A stretch of DNA of 64,000 bases, taken from Trichodelitschia bisporula. Its lineage: Eukaryota. Positions 1 to 12,242 of the stretch are shown piece by piece. The translations under genes were made by a program, and so were the position numbers. Position 1 is the stretch's first letter. The number at the start of each line of letters is the position of its first letter. The notes under the pieces were generated by a model. The model was not told the DNA's origin and did no database searches. It worked only from the letters and a program-made list of their open reading frames with translations. The stretch is taken from NCBI GenBank assembly GCA_010356995.1, contig ML996687.1:125803-189802 (forward strand), given 5' to 3'.

Positions 1-62
1 AGAGGTTCGGCATTACCCAACACTATTCCGTTAGCTCAAACTCCAGTACCCAAAGCCTATAC

Positions 63-913
63 TCAATCCCACTTCGTCGTCAACCCCCCCCTCGACTTAA
101 CCTGCAACTTCTTCTCCTGCTCCGCCTCCTGCATCTTCCTCTGCCCCTCCGGCAGTAGTCTCCTCTCAAGCGTACACTTCACCCTCGCCCTGCCCCCCAC
201 CTTCCTCCCCTGACTCAGATCATCCTCATACCGATCATAATACACCGCCCACTTCAACCCATCCTCGCGTTCCTCCTCCTCCACCACCACAAACCCATCA
301 AAACCCTCCAATATCACATCCCTCTCATCCTTACTCCAGTCCCAGGGTCCGACGATGTGCTCGATGGATGTGCTCCTGTTCCCGTGCCGCAGTTCTAGCG
401 TTTTTTTGTCCACGTAGATCCAGTTCAGCATCGGCGGGTCGTTGGAAATGGTGCTCACGAGCCCGAGTTCGGGCGGCGAGCGCGCGTCGTCTGGGTACTG
501 GATGTAGAAGCCCGTGAACGGGTGCGGTGCCGGCCCTGTCTTCGCTGGCGCGGGCATACCCTCCTCATCCCTCGGCCAGAGCCAGACCTGCGCCGTCAGC
601 ACCTTTTCCGAGCAGCAGCGAGGTCCTTCCGGTGGGTGGGGCGGAGGGAGGAGGAGGAGGAGGAGGAGGAGGAGGAGGGGGAGCGCAAGCCTACCTTATC
701 ATGCCTGAGCACCACCATACACTTGGAAATCTCCTGCGCCTTAGGACTATCCCCCTCACACACGGCATCGATATAAAACTTAAACATGCGCGTCTCATTG
801 TTCGCCTCCTCGTTGACGCGTTTTTGTTCCGCGACGCCTTCGGCCACACCGGTTACGACGGGGATGCCGGTTATGATGCCGCCGAAGAAGACGCCGAGGG
901 GGATGAGGGCCAT
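63..913 (-). CDS. Conserved fungal hypothetical protein (2 exons; intron 588-694)
   Basis: ORFs 596-913 and 63-602 join in frame (…VLRHDK|VWLWPR…) through a GTAGGC…GCTGAC…CAG intron; hydrophobic N-terminus; motifs LNWIYVD, GPWDW. Confidence 0.75.
646..678. repeat. (GGA)n microsatellite inside intron
   Basis: About 10 tandem GAG/GGA units within intron 588-694. Confidence 0.9.
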
Positions 914-1814
914 GGTTGGGGGTGCTGTTGGTCGGAAATGGTGTTGGATCGGAGATGGGTGTTTTTGGGGTTGGAGGGGTATGGTTTCAGGATCGGAAGT
1001 GTGTTTTGAAGATCTGAAGATTGTGTTGCTGGAGTGGGGTTGTTGGGTGCGGGGTGCATTTGTGGAGGATCGACGAGGCTAGAGGCGTGACGTCATGTGG
1101 GCTGAGGGGCTGGTGGCCAACTTTGCTGCGCTAGGCGAGGCGCGGGTGCGCATAGTCGGGCCTAGAAAGAACTCCATGCAGGGCGTGGAATTGATCTCCT
1201 TGCATGCAGCCTTCTACAGTACGCCATCCAGAGCTTCAGCCTTCATCGTCGGCCGAACGAACCGAGTCCGAAAGCTCAAGCATAGCACCAACCCCACCAT
1301 ATCCCGAGTCCTGACATCTGCAGGAACAACAACCTTATTACCCACCCTCTAAGTAAACAAGCAATCTTCATCACTAATCGTCCAATATCCCGGCTCGAAC
1401 CCCACCGTCCCCCCCCCCTCACGTGACAACATCAACCCGAGACGCTGCAAAGCGGGCGGGAACGAGCCGCGCTACCGTCTTACCAACCGAGTACGCCGGC
1501 AATATGTACTTCATCTGTAGTCTATGCGTCCCGGTCCCTGGCGGCGCGCTGCCCGACCCGTGCACCGTTCGGCCACTCGCTCCCGTCGTTCGGACCTGAC
1601 GTCGCTTTCGTTCAGGGAAGTAGACTCATATGCGCTGCTCCGATCGGCTATGAACTAAATCGATGTATTTGTCCGCCTATTGCTGAGGATATTGGCCTCG
1701 TATACGCGCTGGGATGGTGTGGGGGTATAAGACGCGCTCGTCGGACGGCGGGTCCGGAGGTTAAGCTCTCAGGGCCATTCCTTCGTTACTACATTCTTTA
1801 TCACAGTTCCTGAC

Positions 1815-3400
1815 ATGGCCGCTCTCCTTGCCGGCCTCCTGACCTTCGCGCCCCTCGCGCTCGCCGCCCCCCAAGCTCCAGCCTCAGCGTTCCGCCCCGG
1901 CGGCCCCGTCGTCACGACAAGCGGGCACATCGTCGGGCAGGCCTCAAGCTGGCAACCCAGTGTAAGCGAGTACCTAGGCATCCCCTTTGCGCAACCGCCC
2001 GTCGGGCCGTTGCGCTTCGCCGCCCCAAAGCCATTCAACAACAAAGGGCACATCAGCGCGACAAAATGGGGCGCCTCATGTCCCGCCAACGTCGCCTCGC
2101 CGCCGAACTCAACCATCACGTATACATCCGTCGCGGCGACAGTCTTCGGCATCCTGGGCCAGGCGGGGGATACGTTTGACGAGGACTGTCTGACGCTGAA
2201 TGTGTGGAGCGCGCCGGGCAAGGGCGAGAAGGCGAAAGCGGTTATGATTTGGATTTATGGCGGCGGGTTTAATACGGGGAATAGCCGGTCGCCCGCGTAT
2301 AACGGCGCGCGGCTCGCGGCGGAGCAGGACGTTGTTGTCGTCAGCGTGAACTACCGCGTCAACATCTTCGGCTTTCCCGGCGCGCCCTTCCTGCCCGACC
2401 TCAACCTGGGTCTGCTCGACCAGCGTCTGGGCGTCGAGTGGGTGCGCGACAACATCGCGGCCTTCGGGGGGGACCCGAAGCGCATTGTGCTCTTCGGCGA
2501 GAGCGCGGGCGGCGGCTCGGTCGACTACCACTCCTTCGCCTTCACCAAGGACCCGATTGTCACGGGCTACATCCCGGAGTCCGGATCCGCGGCGAATATC
2601 CCCGGCAGCAGCACGAATCGCAGTTTGAGCTGGTACGGCGCCAGTGCGCAGGCGGGGTGCGGCGGCGCCGAGGCCGGCGCGAAGACCCTCGAGTGCATGC
2701 GCAGCAAGAAGTGGACCGACATTCTGTCGGCGATTAAGGTGTCCGGCGGCGCGGCGGGGGGGATGACACAGTTCGGCCCCACGGCGGATGGGAAGGTGAT
2801 TTTCAACGACTACGCTGCGCGGCGCGCGGCGGGGAACTTCCACAAGGCGGTAAGTAGCACGCCTTTCACATTTTGACTCCACTAACCCCCAAGCCCATGC
2901 TAGTCGGCAACAACAACAACGAAGGCGGCCTCTCCGCGCTCATCGCCGCCGGCCCTCCCAAGACCGCCTCCTCGCCCAAAAGCAACGCCCGCCGCCAAGC
3001 AGCGCCAAACCTCGACTTCATCGGATGCGGGCCGCACGCCGCGGCCCTCGCCCGGCGCAACGCGGGCGTCAACGCGTGGCGGTACCTATACTCCGGTGAG
3101 TGGCCGAACCAAGACATCGGCACTCCGGGCGCGTGGCACGGCGCAGAAATCGGGATCGTCTTCGGCACGACGGAGTACCTGTCGCACCGGCCGGACACGG
3201 AAGAGGAGAAGAAGCTAGAGACCAAGGTGATGGGGGCGTGGAGCGCGTTCGCGAAGGACCCGGTCAACGGCCTTGTGAAGCTCGGGTGGCCGGTGTATGA
3301 CCCTGCGAAGCCGACGCTGATTCGCATTGGGGGGCCGAATTCGAGCGAGATTGCGTTTGTGGATAGGGCGAAGCTTGATGCGGGTTGCCCGGCGGCGTAG
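1815..3400 (+). CDS. Secreted carboxylesterase type B (alpha/beta hydrolase; intron 2850-2893)
   Basis: Signal peptide; YLGIPFAQPP, EDCLTLNVW, IYGGGF oxyanion loop, GESAG nucleophile, NNEG acid, WHGAE His; GTAAGT…CTAAC…AAG intron restores frame. Confidence 0.95.
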
Positions 3401-4149
3401 GTGGTAAAAGTTGGCGGATTGGATTTGGCGATTGCTTGAGAGGACTGCAGTAATGAAAAAGCTACCTGGTGTTTGTCGGGAGTCGCGATGCTCCATGTTC
3501 AGCCTTGCGTTTCGGTTTCTGGTGGCTCATTAGCATTCTGGCATCCGCTCGATCCCTCTTCGGAAAGATAGCAAATTCTCTTTATTTCATTGGCTCGTGT
3601 GAAATTTGACGTCCAACGGATCTCGAGGAAATCCTGCCCTCGGCCGTGAAAGCTGTTTTCACCCAGTTCGAAACGATATCACATCCGACAGCCGATGCTG
3701 GCAGTTTATTGGACAGAGCGATATGAAGCTCCGCCGCCGGGTTGAGGTATTGAGAGACAACATTGATAACGCAGACTCGCTCTCGAAGAAAAAAAACAGC
3801 GGTGAATTCTCTCCGACAAGCCCAGCGCCGACTCCGCTGGCCGTGAACAAAGTCGTCGTCGAGGTTGAGCGGGTTTAGCGCGCCCTATTGATGGCTTGTG
3901 TCGTGGCTAGCCCGATGCACCCGTCGCACCATCTCATGTGGCGCATGCCGGGTTCACAGCCACTGACGATGTCCGTCGACCATGACTTGCTAAACACCCG
4001 GCTTCATCGGCAAATTGAAGGCTAGAACCAACGGGCCCGCACTACAGTCCGTCTCGCGGGGCATCCGTGCAAAGGCGCATTGAGGCAGGCGATGACAATT
4101 TTTTTTTCTCGTGCGAGGACGGCCGCACTGCTGAGTGCGCGACACGTGT

Positions 4150-4445
4150 GAGAAGCTCGCAGCACGTTGGCAGCTGGACCTCTTTTTCAACCTCTGAAGG
4201 ACATCTCCAACGCATTACACTCACTGGGACCTTAGCCAGGACTGCAAACTTTTAGCGGAAAACGTGGCCTGGATCGCGAACAAGCTGAACGACGTCCCCG
4301 TTGGCGAGGGCAAGTTTGCGACATAAGTCAACCTTTCCGCTAAAAGTTTGCAGTTCCCGCTAAGGTCCTGGTAAGCGTCCTGGGAGATATCCTGCAGACA
4401 GCGCTTGAGAAAGGTTCAAGCTTCCAACGTGCCGTGAATCTCTCT
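4150..4445. repeat. Long imperfect inverted repeat (fold-back, ~110-nt arms)
   Basis: GGACCTTAGCCAGGACTGCAAACTTTTAGCGGAA (~4227-4260) is the near-exact reverse complement of TTCCGCTAAAAGTTTGCAGTTCCCGCTAAGGTCC (~4335-4368); pairing extends outward (GCACGTTGG/CCAACGTGC). Confidence 0.85.
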
Positions 4446-5459
4446 TGAGGGCGCGGTACAAGCGAGGTTTTCGAGGGCTTCTGCATCGTGGCGGACAGAG
4501 ATGATGAGCTAGTAGGTGGAGTGAGGGTTCGGGGCTGTATTCTGTAACTAGTGAATTAAGGCGACGGCAAGTACGTACACAGACGGCGTCTGTAGTCCTT
4601 CAGTCGCCACTTTGCAAGAGTGTTGTCAACTGCAAAGAATCAGTGTCTCGCAGATGTTGAGGTTGAAAGCGTGCCGTCTCGTCGCAAGCAACAAAGATTA
4701 TCCCGACACTGATCGATCCACCACCGTTCCACGAACAAGGGTGCTCAGTCACACCCGGGCAGATTCCTTGGCTGCAATTTACGGTGAGCCGGTTGTGTGC
4801 TACTACTCGCGTCACTGCGCGCCGTTGCAATCGTGTTTCGAGAGTTGGCTTTGCTCTCTGATGGCAGAGTTTGCGCCCTGCTGCGAGGGGCGAATGGCGT
4901 CAAATTCGTTGCAAGTAGGAAGCGGAGGGATCGTTTGATACTTGATCGTCTCGTGACGGTCACAAAGCCAACTTTCTTGCGTGCATCGCTTGCGGCAAAC
5001 AGCGCGGCCCGGGGCGTTGCTGCGTCGTCTGGTACGTGTGGTCTGGAGGTTGCCAGGGCCGTGGCGGTGCCAGATTGTCTCATTGCTGATTGGACAAAAG
5101 CCACTCCTCCAAGGCGAGATGGGATGCCAAGTAACGGCCAGAGGTTAATCAGGTTAGACTGAATGCACAGATGGCAGGCGATTCGGCTGTGGCTCCTTGG
5201 CGGAGAAGTGCTCTGGTCGCCCTGCAGACCGTGCGCAGCGCCACGGAGTCCGTCAGTGGCTGCTCCACGTCATAAGAGATTTGTCGCGAAAGTTGGGGTG
5301 GGTGGGTTCAAGGAAGCGTACCATCCTGGAACCTTGAAAAGTGGTTCGTCCCTTTACTAAAAGCGAGGAGTGCCAGCGAAACATCACCCCACTCGACCTC
5401 TCTCCCCCTCCTAGATTTATCGCAAACATCCAAACGTCGCCATCAATTCGACCGCCACG

Positions 5460-6425
5460 ATGGCATTCGGCAGCATGGCTCTCAAGAGCCTGGTCGCCTT
5501 CATCTACATGCTCTGCTTCTGCTGTGCAGCTATCATCCTCGGCGTCTATTCCTATTTCCTCTCCGTCCAGGCCGACCACAAGCAGACCCTCGCGCCTATT
5601 CGCAACTGGGAACGCGCAGTCGAAGGCATCGCGGGCATCGGCGTCGCGTACGCCATCATCGCCATCGTCCTCACCTGCTTCCTGGGCGGCAAGGCCTTCT
5701 TCGCCTTCCTCGGCATCTTCCTCGATGTGCTGCTCACCGCCGGCTTCGTTGCCATCGCTATCATGACCCGCGATGGCGCAGGCAAATGCACGGGCAACGA
5801 CATTAATTCCCCGATTGGCAACGGCGCATCGAACAGCAAGACAGGCTACGGCAGCGGCGGCTTCGGCACCACCAATTCCCACGACAGCAACCTGACGTAC
5901 GCGTCCACTCTCGGCTTCGCGTGCCGCCTGAACAAGGTCGCCTTCGCGGTCGCGGTCATCGGAGCGTGAGTATCCTCTCGTACGCACACTTACCATCACT
6001 GACAACCAAGCTTCCTCTTCCTCTTCGCCGCCCTCACCCAGCTCTGGCTCGCCCGTCACCACAAGCGCGAGAAGCGCCTCAGCGCCACCACCGCCCCTGC
6101 AGGCAAGCGCGGCTGGTTCGGACGCAAGCGCGGTGCGCGCGGTGCGGCCGTCGCACCAGCGGCTGGATACACGGGCAAGAGCGGAGGGCGCTGGTTCGGC
6201 AAGCGTAACCGCCAGCCCGTCGTGACCGACAAGTACTCCTCGACGCACCATGATACGGAGCTCGGCACTATTCCTGCGGCGGACACGAGCTACCACCATC
6301 AAACGCACGATGCTAATGCGAATGCGGCAATCCCGACTGCGGGTGGGTATCACACTGGCCCTGCTGGGACGAGCGTGAATCCGTATGGGTATGATAATGG
6401 GCATACGACGACGGCGAGGTATTAG
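5460..6425 (+). CDS. MARVEL-like four-TM membrane protein (intron 5966-6010)
   Basis: Four hydrophobic helices, CRLNKVAFAVAVI, spliced continuation FLFLFAALTQLWLARHHKREKR, basic/Gly-rich tail. Confidence 0.8.
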
Positions 6426-6677
6426 GCGTTTAGGGCGGCTGAATACGAGTGATGAGCGTTGCTATTAGTTAATCGTAATGGTTATGTCGTCTGTCACGTC
6501 TTTGACGTGGCAATAATCGTGTATGTCTCATGCCTCCTGTCATGTTGAGTGTGCCATATATCGTGAACGTCTCGAGCTTCCTGCCATGTTGAGTGGGCCA
6601 TAAATCGTGATTGATATCTCATGCCTCAATGCCCTCGGGTATACGTGCCACCAAAACTATCACTCCTCTCTCACCAT

Positions 6678-7054
6678 CTACTTCCTCCTCCCCTTCCCCA
6701 CCCCCCTCTTCGCCCGCCCCTCCTCCACAAACCCTCTCAACAATCCCTCCAACCCCTCATTCCTCCTCGCCAACAGTAGAACATCATCAACGTTCACCGT
6801 CGTCCTTCCAGCATGCTTCGCAAAAGCCTCGAGATCCCTAGCCGCAAACGCGATCTGCGTGTACACGAGCTCCGTCAGCGCGCCGATGAACTGCGGCGTC
6901 GCGTTGAAGGACGTGGATGCTGTGGTGCTGTCGATGATTTGGCCGATTGCGAACCAGAGGGCGGATTTTAGGCGCTGTTGGGGGTAAGTTGGTGGATTTA
7001 AGGAGGGTGTGGGGAGGCAGGTACTTCTTCGTCTTCGGGGTTGATGGGGGGCAT
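6678..7054 (-). CDS. MHF1: CENP-S/MHF1 histone-fold protein (intron 6975-7024)
   Basis: MPPINPEDEE|RLKSALWFAIGQI…NATPQFIGALTELV…DLEAFAKHAGRTTV..DDVLLLARRNEGL, characteristic of CENP-S. Confidence 0.92.
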
Positions 7055-7499
7055 TTTGTGGCTTGTAGTTCCTGTGGTTGTTTGCTGTAGCGAAGTTGTT
7101 GCTCCGCGATCGATATCTGGTATACATCCGTAGACGTGACGCGCAGCCAAGCCGGCCGGCTTGGCGACAGGGGAGTGAGTTGCGGCTTCCTTTTGTGGCG
7201 CACCTGTAAATGCGGGAGGATGCGCGATTATCGACTTCGACGTTTGACTTCGAATTTTCTCCAAACATTCGCAACCCCAACATCTCACTCTGACGGACTA
7301 CCACGAACATTCTTTCCACAAACGAAGACGTTACAGTCTGTACGCTACAAAACTGAATAACCTCTCTCTTACATCTATCCGGCATTTCTCGTATACACGA
7401 ATTGACACTTTGAAAGGCCCGCGGCTTCCCGCCACAGCGACGTGCAACTATCACAACCATCTCTGAGTACCTTCATCTCTAACTCAGTATAAAGGCGTC

Positions 7500-7949
7500 A
7501 TGTCCTGGGATGCGCCTCCCCCGCAGGGCCTCGCCAATGCGCTCGCCACCCTCAACACCTGGGGTGACAACTTCACGAGGAACACCTCGAGCGCCTTTGC
7601 CAACATGAGTGCGACGGGATACATCCGCCTGCTCGTCGCCATCTGCGGGTACCTCCTCCTGCGGCCATACCTCATCAAGCTCGGCGCGCATCTTCAAATG
7701 AAGTACCACAAGGAGGAGGAAGCACGTACGGAGGAAGAGCGCGCGGCTGCAGCGGCTGCGAACGAGCTACGTGGGGGACGGGTTGTGATTCCGGGCGAGG
7801 AGAGTGAGGATGAGGATGGTGGGTGGGGGCATGGGGCTAGAGTGCGGCAGAGGCGCCGGGTGAGGAAGATTGTGGAGGAGCATGAGCAGAAGCTGGCGGA
7901 GAAGGGGAACGAGAGTGATGCGGATATTGAGGAGTTGTTGGAGGAGTGA
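7500..7949 (+). CDS. PGA2: Protein-trafficking PGA2 family protein
   Basis: YIRLLVAICGYLLLRPYL TM motif, WG..AR.RQRR, acidic SDADIEELLE end; divergent from MHF1. Confidence 0.8.
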   Translation: MSWDAPPPQGLANALATLNTWGDNFTRNTSSAFANMSATGYIRLLVAICGYLLLRPYLIKLGAHLQMKYHKEEEARTEEERAAAAAANELRGGRVVIPGEESEDEDGGWGHGARVRQRRRVRKIVEEHEQKLAEKGNESDADIEELLEE

Positions 7950-8580
7950 GCGGTCATGGTGTGATGGTGGTATGCCGGCGAGTGGTATGAAGACTAGCCG
8001 GCGAGTGAACTTGATGGCAGGTGTTCGATTATGCATCGCTGTTACTTTGTGCTATCTGGTCTAGGAATGCGGTGTCGCCGTCTTTTCCCCACGGTCCGAT
8101 GATTGCGTATTACCGACTACAAGCTTCAACCCTAACTTACATCGGTCCCAGTGAACGTCCCCCAACCTCATCACATTCTCGTCGATATTCTAGACCGGCC
8201 ATGTACAGCAAGGAGCCCCTCAGCCACCTTGTCAGTATGCAGCATTCCCTACCACGGAATGCTCGCGCATCGCCTTCCAGAAAGTTCATCGCTGCACCGT
8301 CTCACCGACACCTTGCGTCAGCAGAACGTGCGCTAGCCCAGCCATGCGAACCGTAGTTGTCCTAGGGTCCTCATCGGGACCCGGGAGTTGCAGCTTCGCT
8401 ACGGCAGCTGTATGTGCAGAAGGTGACGCGTCCTTGCTTGGTATACGATATAAGATCAGAGGCCGCCCGGGAGTTCAGCTCACTGCAACCAACTCCAGTT
8501 GAACTCCCTTCATCACCCCACCTTGGGCTCCATCAACATTTCGAGTTATCCTCCTACGACTTGATATCACCTCCACAGTC

Positions 8581-9960
8581 ATGGCTTCCTCATGGCTCGT
8601 CCAGCTGCTCCTCGCAGCGCACGCTGCTGCGCATATGCAGCTGCAGATCCCGCTTCCCATTCGATCCCCGCTGTCCCCCAACAAGGGGCCGAATACAGAT
8701 TACGACTATCTAGATCCGCTTGACAAAACCGGGAGTAACTTCCCCTGCAAGGGCTATCAAACAGATGCGGCCCCCCCCACCGCCACTTACTCCGCCGGCG
8801 ACACCTACAACTTTACTCTCGCCGGCTCCGCCATGCACGGCGGCGGCTCGTGTCAGCTCAGCCTCTCCTACGATGGCGGGAAAAGCTTCCATGTCATCAA
8901 GAGCCTCATCGGCGGCTGCCCCTCCAGCCACGTCTACCCCTTCACCGTCCCGTCATACACCCCCTCCGGCAACGCCCTGTTTGCCTGGACCTGGCTCAAC
9001 AATATCGGGAACCGCGAGTTCTACATGGACTGTGCCTCCGTGCAGGTCAGCGGCGGGCAACCGGATGCAGCCCGCTTCAACGCGCTGCCTGGTATTTGGG
9101 TTGCGAATCTGGAGAGCGTGAACACGTGCACGACGACCGCGAATGTGGATCCTGTGTTTCCAGACCCGGGGCCGGAGGTTGTGTACGGTGGGGGTCTTGG
9201 ACCGGAGAGTCCAAAGTCCCCGGCGTACTGCGAGGTTGATGGTCGGGGGGCGAAGGCTGCGTCGGCGGGGGCGGAGGCTCCTGCGTCGACGGCGAAGATG
9301 GTTAAGCCTAAGCCGGCGGTGTTTCCGGAGTTTCTCACTACGATGGGTGAGAGGCCTACGGCGATGTTTCCGGAGTTTCTCACTACGATGGGTGAGGGGC
9401 CTACGGCGCCTGCGGCGGTTTCGACTTCGGCGGCGTCGTCGGTTGCTGCTGCGAGTTCTATGCCGATGCCGCCGATGGAGGGAATGGATCACGGTGGGAT
9501 GTCGGGGATGGACCACGGCGGCATGTCTGGGATGCATCACAGTGATATGCACGGGATGCATCACAGTGACATGGCAGGCATGGAAACTGGCTCCGAGCAG
9601 TCAGTGTCATACACCACGGTGGATACAACCACGACATGCACCTTGACGATCGGCAGCGCGAGTGGGACGGGAGCTGCGTCGAGTACATTCTCGACGGTAG
9701 TCGTCAGCAGCGCTGCTTCGCCCCCTCCGTCATCTGTTGCCTCTCCTCTTCCAACCGGAGCTTGCAACCCTGGGTCTTTCCTTTGCACCTCGCCTGCGGA
9801 GTTTCTCACCTGCGATCAGGACCCGCCTGGCCAGGGCGCGCCGTGGGACTGGAAGTACCCGAGGCAGGTTGCGGAGGGGATGATGTGTCTCCCTCACGTG
9901 GTGACGAGGGCGGATGGGAGCACGTATAGGGATGACCAGTATGTCAGAGCGACGACCTAA
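8581..9960 (+). CDS. AA11 lytic polysaccharide monooxygenase with Met/His-rich linker and C-terminal Cys-containing module
   Basis: Signal peptide ending AAA then His1 (HMQL); FPCKGY, MHGGGSCQLSLSYD, GGCP, FAWTW.N.IGNREFYMDCA, typical of AA11. Confidence 0.9.
   Translation: MASSWLVQLLLAAHAAAHMQLQIPLPIRSPLSPNKGPNTDYDYLDPLDKTGSNFPCKGYQTDAAPPTATYSAGDTYNFTLAGSAMHGGGSCQLSLSYDGGKSFHVIKSLIGGCPSSHVYPFTVPSYTPSGNALFAWTWLNNIGNREFYMDCASVQVSGGQPDAARFNALPGIWVANLESVNTCTTTANVDPVFPDPGPEVVYGGGLGPESPKSPAYCEVDGRGAKAASAGAEAPASTAKMVKPKPAVFPEFLTTMGERPTAMFPEFLTTMGEGPTAPAAVSTSAASSVAAASSMPMPPMEGMDHGGMSGMDHGGMSGMHHSDMHGMHHSDMAGMETGSEQSVSYTTVDTTTTCTLTIGSASGTGAASSTFSTVVVSSAASPPPSSVASPLPTGACNPGSFLCTSPAEFLTCDQDPPGQGAPWDWKYPRQVAEGMMCLPHVVTRADGSTYRDDQYVRATT
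9316..9405 (+). repeat. Two 45-nt tandem coding repeats (A.FPEFLTTMGE.PT)
   Basis: 9316-9360 and 9361-9405 differ at 2 positions. Confidence 0.95.
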
Positions 9961-10467
9961 TGACGGCCACAGTTGAGAGCCCGGTACAGTATGTGCGGAT
10001 GGTGGTGGGACAATGGCGAGGTAGGTCATTGGCTTTGCGTTGGCTTTGGGCATCTTGGTTTAATGATTTGAACGAATTGTACTGTAGAATGGGGAGAACG
10101 GCTGGATCTATCACTTGGGAAGGAAAAAGGGTTGCGGGAGTTGGTCTTCCTTGTACGTTATCTAGGGGTTTCGTCCCTCCTAGTTCAAATGCATCACATT
10201 CCCACCAAACCCGTTGTGCTACCCTACGAACGCATAATCCCGAGTTCATCCCCCGTTCTAGACGCACCTGCAGCACCCCCCCCGCCGCCGCCCGGGGCGA
10301 TTAGCTCCCGCACATGGCGCCGCATTAGTGGCCGCCGTCGCCACCAAAAACGCGGGGGGACGCGGAAGCTCCCACATCCCTCCTCACCGTAGCCTTGTCA
10401 ACCTCACCCCACCTCACCTCCCTCCATCCCATCCTCAACCTTCCCTCAACCCACCAAGCCCAAAAAA

Positions 10468-11473
10468 ATGGCCTGGACGCGCAAGAAAAGCATCGTCCTC
10501 CTCAGCATCCTCGTAAGCCCATCCCGCGAAATCCACTTCCTAGAACTAAATCAAGGCAGTGGCTTGCCCTCGCAACTGCCATCGGAGGGTAAGCCTTCCG
10601 CCCTCTAAAGCAAGGGTTGGGACTAATGAGCGAGGTACCTCCTGCACACGAGCACACACCTCCGCCTCCCCATCCCCACCGCCGTGTCCGCATTCACCCT
10701 CATCCTGCCCTCCATATCCGGGCTCGCACTCGCGTCTCTCAGCGAAGCGGCGCACCGCCTCGCGCTGCGTCTGCAGGGCGGGCACGGCACGCCGAGTCCG
10801 TGGCATCCGCTCGCTCTCCTCGTCCTCGTTATTTACAGCACGGTCCTCGCTACGCTCGGGGGGACGTATACGGGTGACATGGACTGCAGGCTGGAGGGCT
10901 GGTGGCAGAAAATGTACAGCGCGAAGGACGGGGCGGGGATACGGAGTATACAGGATGCGTTGGAGTGTTGCGGGTTGCGGAATACGGTGGATAGGCCCTG
11001 GCCGTTTCCGCGGGGGAAGGAGGTGGGGTTGGGGACGTGTCGGGAGATGACGGGGCGGAGTGTCGGGTGTCTTGAGGAGTGGGCGGGGCGGGAGAGGATG
11101 GTGGGGGGGTTGGTGGTGCTTGTTGCGTTTATGGTTGTTTTTTGGATGGTGAGTTTCAGGTCTCCCTTTCTCTTTGGGAGATTGATGTTTCTCCCTCGCT
11201 TTTGGGAGCGAAGCTGACGATTAGGCTGCTGTTGTGGTTGTTGGTGCGGAAGATTCGTCTTGGTTGAGGAGGTATCTGCGCGATGAGGAGGATTATATGG
11301 GGGAGGAGACGGTGAATGGTCGCGTTCGCCGGATTGAGGGGCAGTACCTTGATAACCCGGTCACGGAGGAGAATCCGTCTGAGGCTGGGAGCGCACAGGT
11401 TGGGGATGAGGACCGGACGCCGCTGGTTGTGCCGAGTCAATTAAGGGAGCCTGATGAACAGGTGCAGTGGTGA
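10468..11473 (+). CDS. Fungal tetraspanin Tsp3-like (introns 10513-10559, 10589-10634, 11149-11224)
   Basis: Four TM segments; large loop with C.L…W…KD..IR.IQDALECCG…PWPF, C…GC; splices restore one frame. Confidence 0.85.
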
Positions 11474-12242
11474 GGGGAGAGGCTGAAGTAGATCGTGATG
11501 GTAGGGTCCGGTGTGTGGATGGGACTCTGGTTGATGATGGGATGGCGATCAAATTGGATGCTAATGCGGGCCTGAGGTAACGACAGAGTGAGTGTCATTT
11601 AGGCACAAGATCATAACGAGAGTCTGGGTTTCGGTGTTTGGGTGAACGAGTAAATGACATGCAATTTGGGAGACAATCGGTCGAGGTCGTGTTCCATGTC
11701 CATGCTGTTCTTATCCTTCGGCCACTGTCAAGCAGGATGATTACCAGGAAGCCAAAGTGTTTATTACTGACGAAGCATAGTTCCAGAAGTGCCAAGATGG
11801 AGATTCTTTTGGATGACAGCGACTGATGATGATAATGGAGCGGTATGAAGGAAGCGAAGACATCAATTCACCATCAGCCCAGATATTCCACTCCAGCATC
11901 CATCACCGGAATAGCAGGGCACTTCCAACGATCCCTCAGTCAACCCGATCAAAACCATAACTCCAAATCAACGTAAAGCCGGCCCTCAACCACTATCAAT
12001 CCGCGAGGTTCTATCACCTCCACGAAGTCATGAGCCACAGCACCATTGACCATCCCACCAAACCCAAACTCCCAAAAAGACCAAGACAGACCCATCAACC
12101 GCCATCACTTCGAGGACACAACCATATTCCTCACCCTCTTCCGCCGCATAAGAAGCATCACAACCCCCACCACCACAGCCAAAAAAAAAACCCCACAAAG
12201 AACAACGTCCAGCAGAGGTTATGCCGTCCCCCACCCCATCCC

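Noticed and set aside
7055..7460. Long N-terminal extension on MHF1 in the ORF track
   Set aside because: Read-through of an intron and promoter; the spliced model from ATG 7054 gives a normal CENP-S
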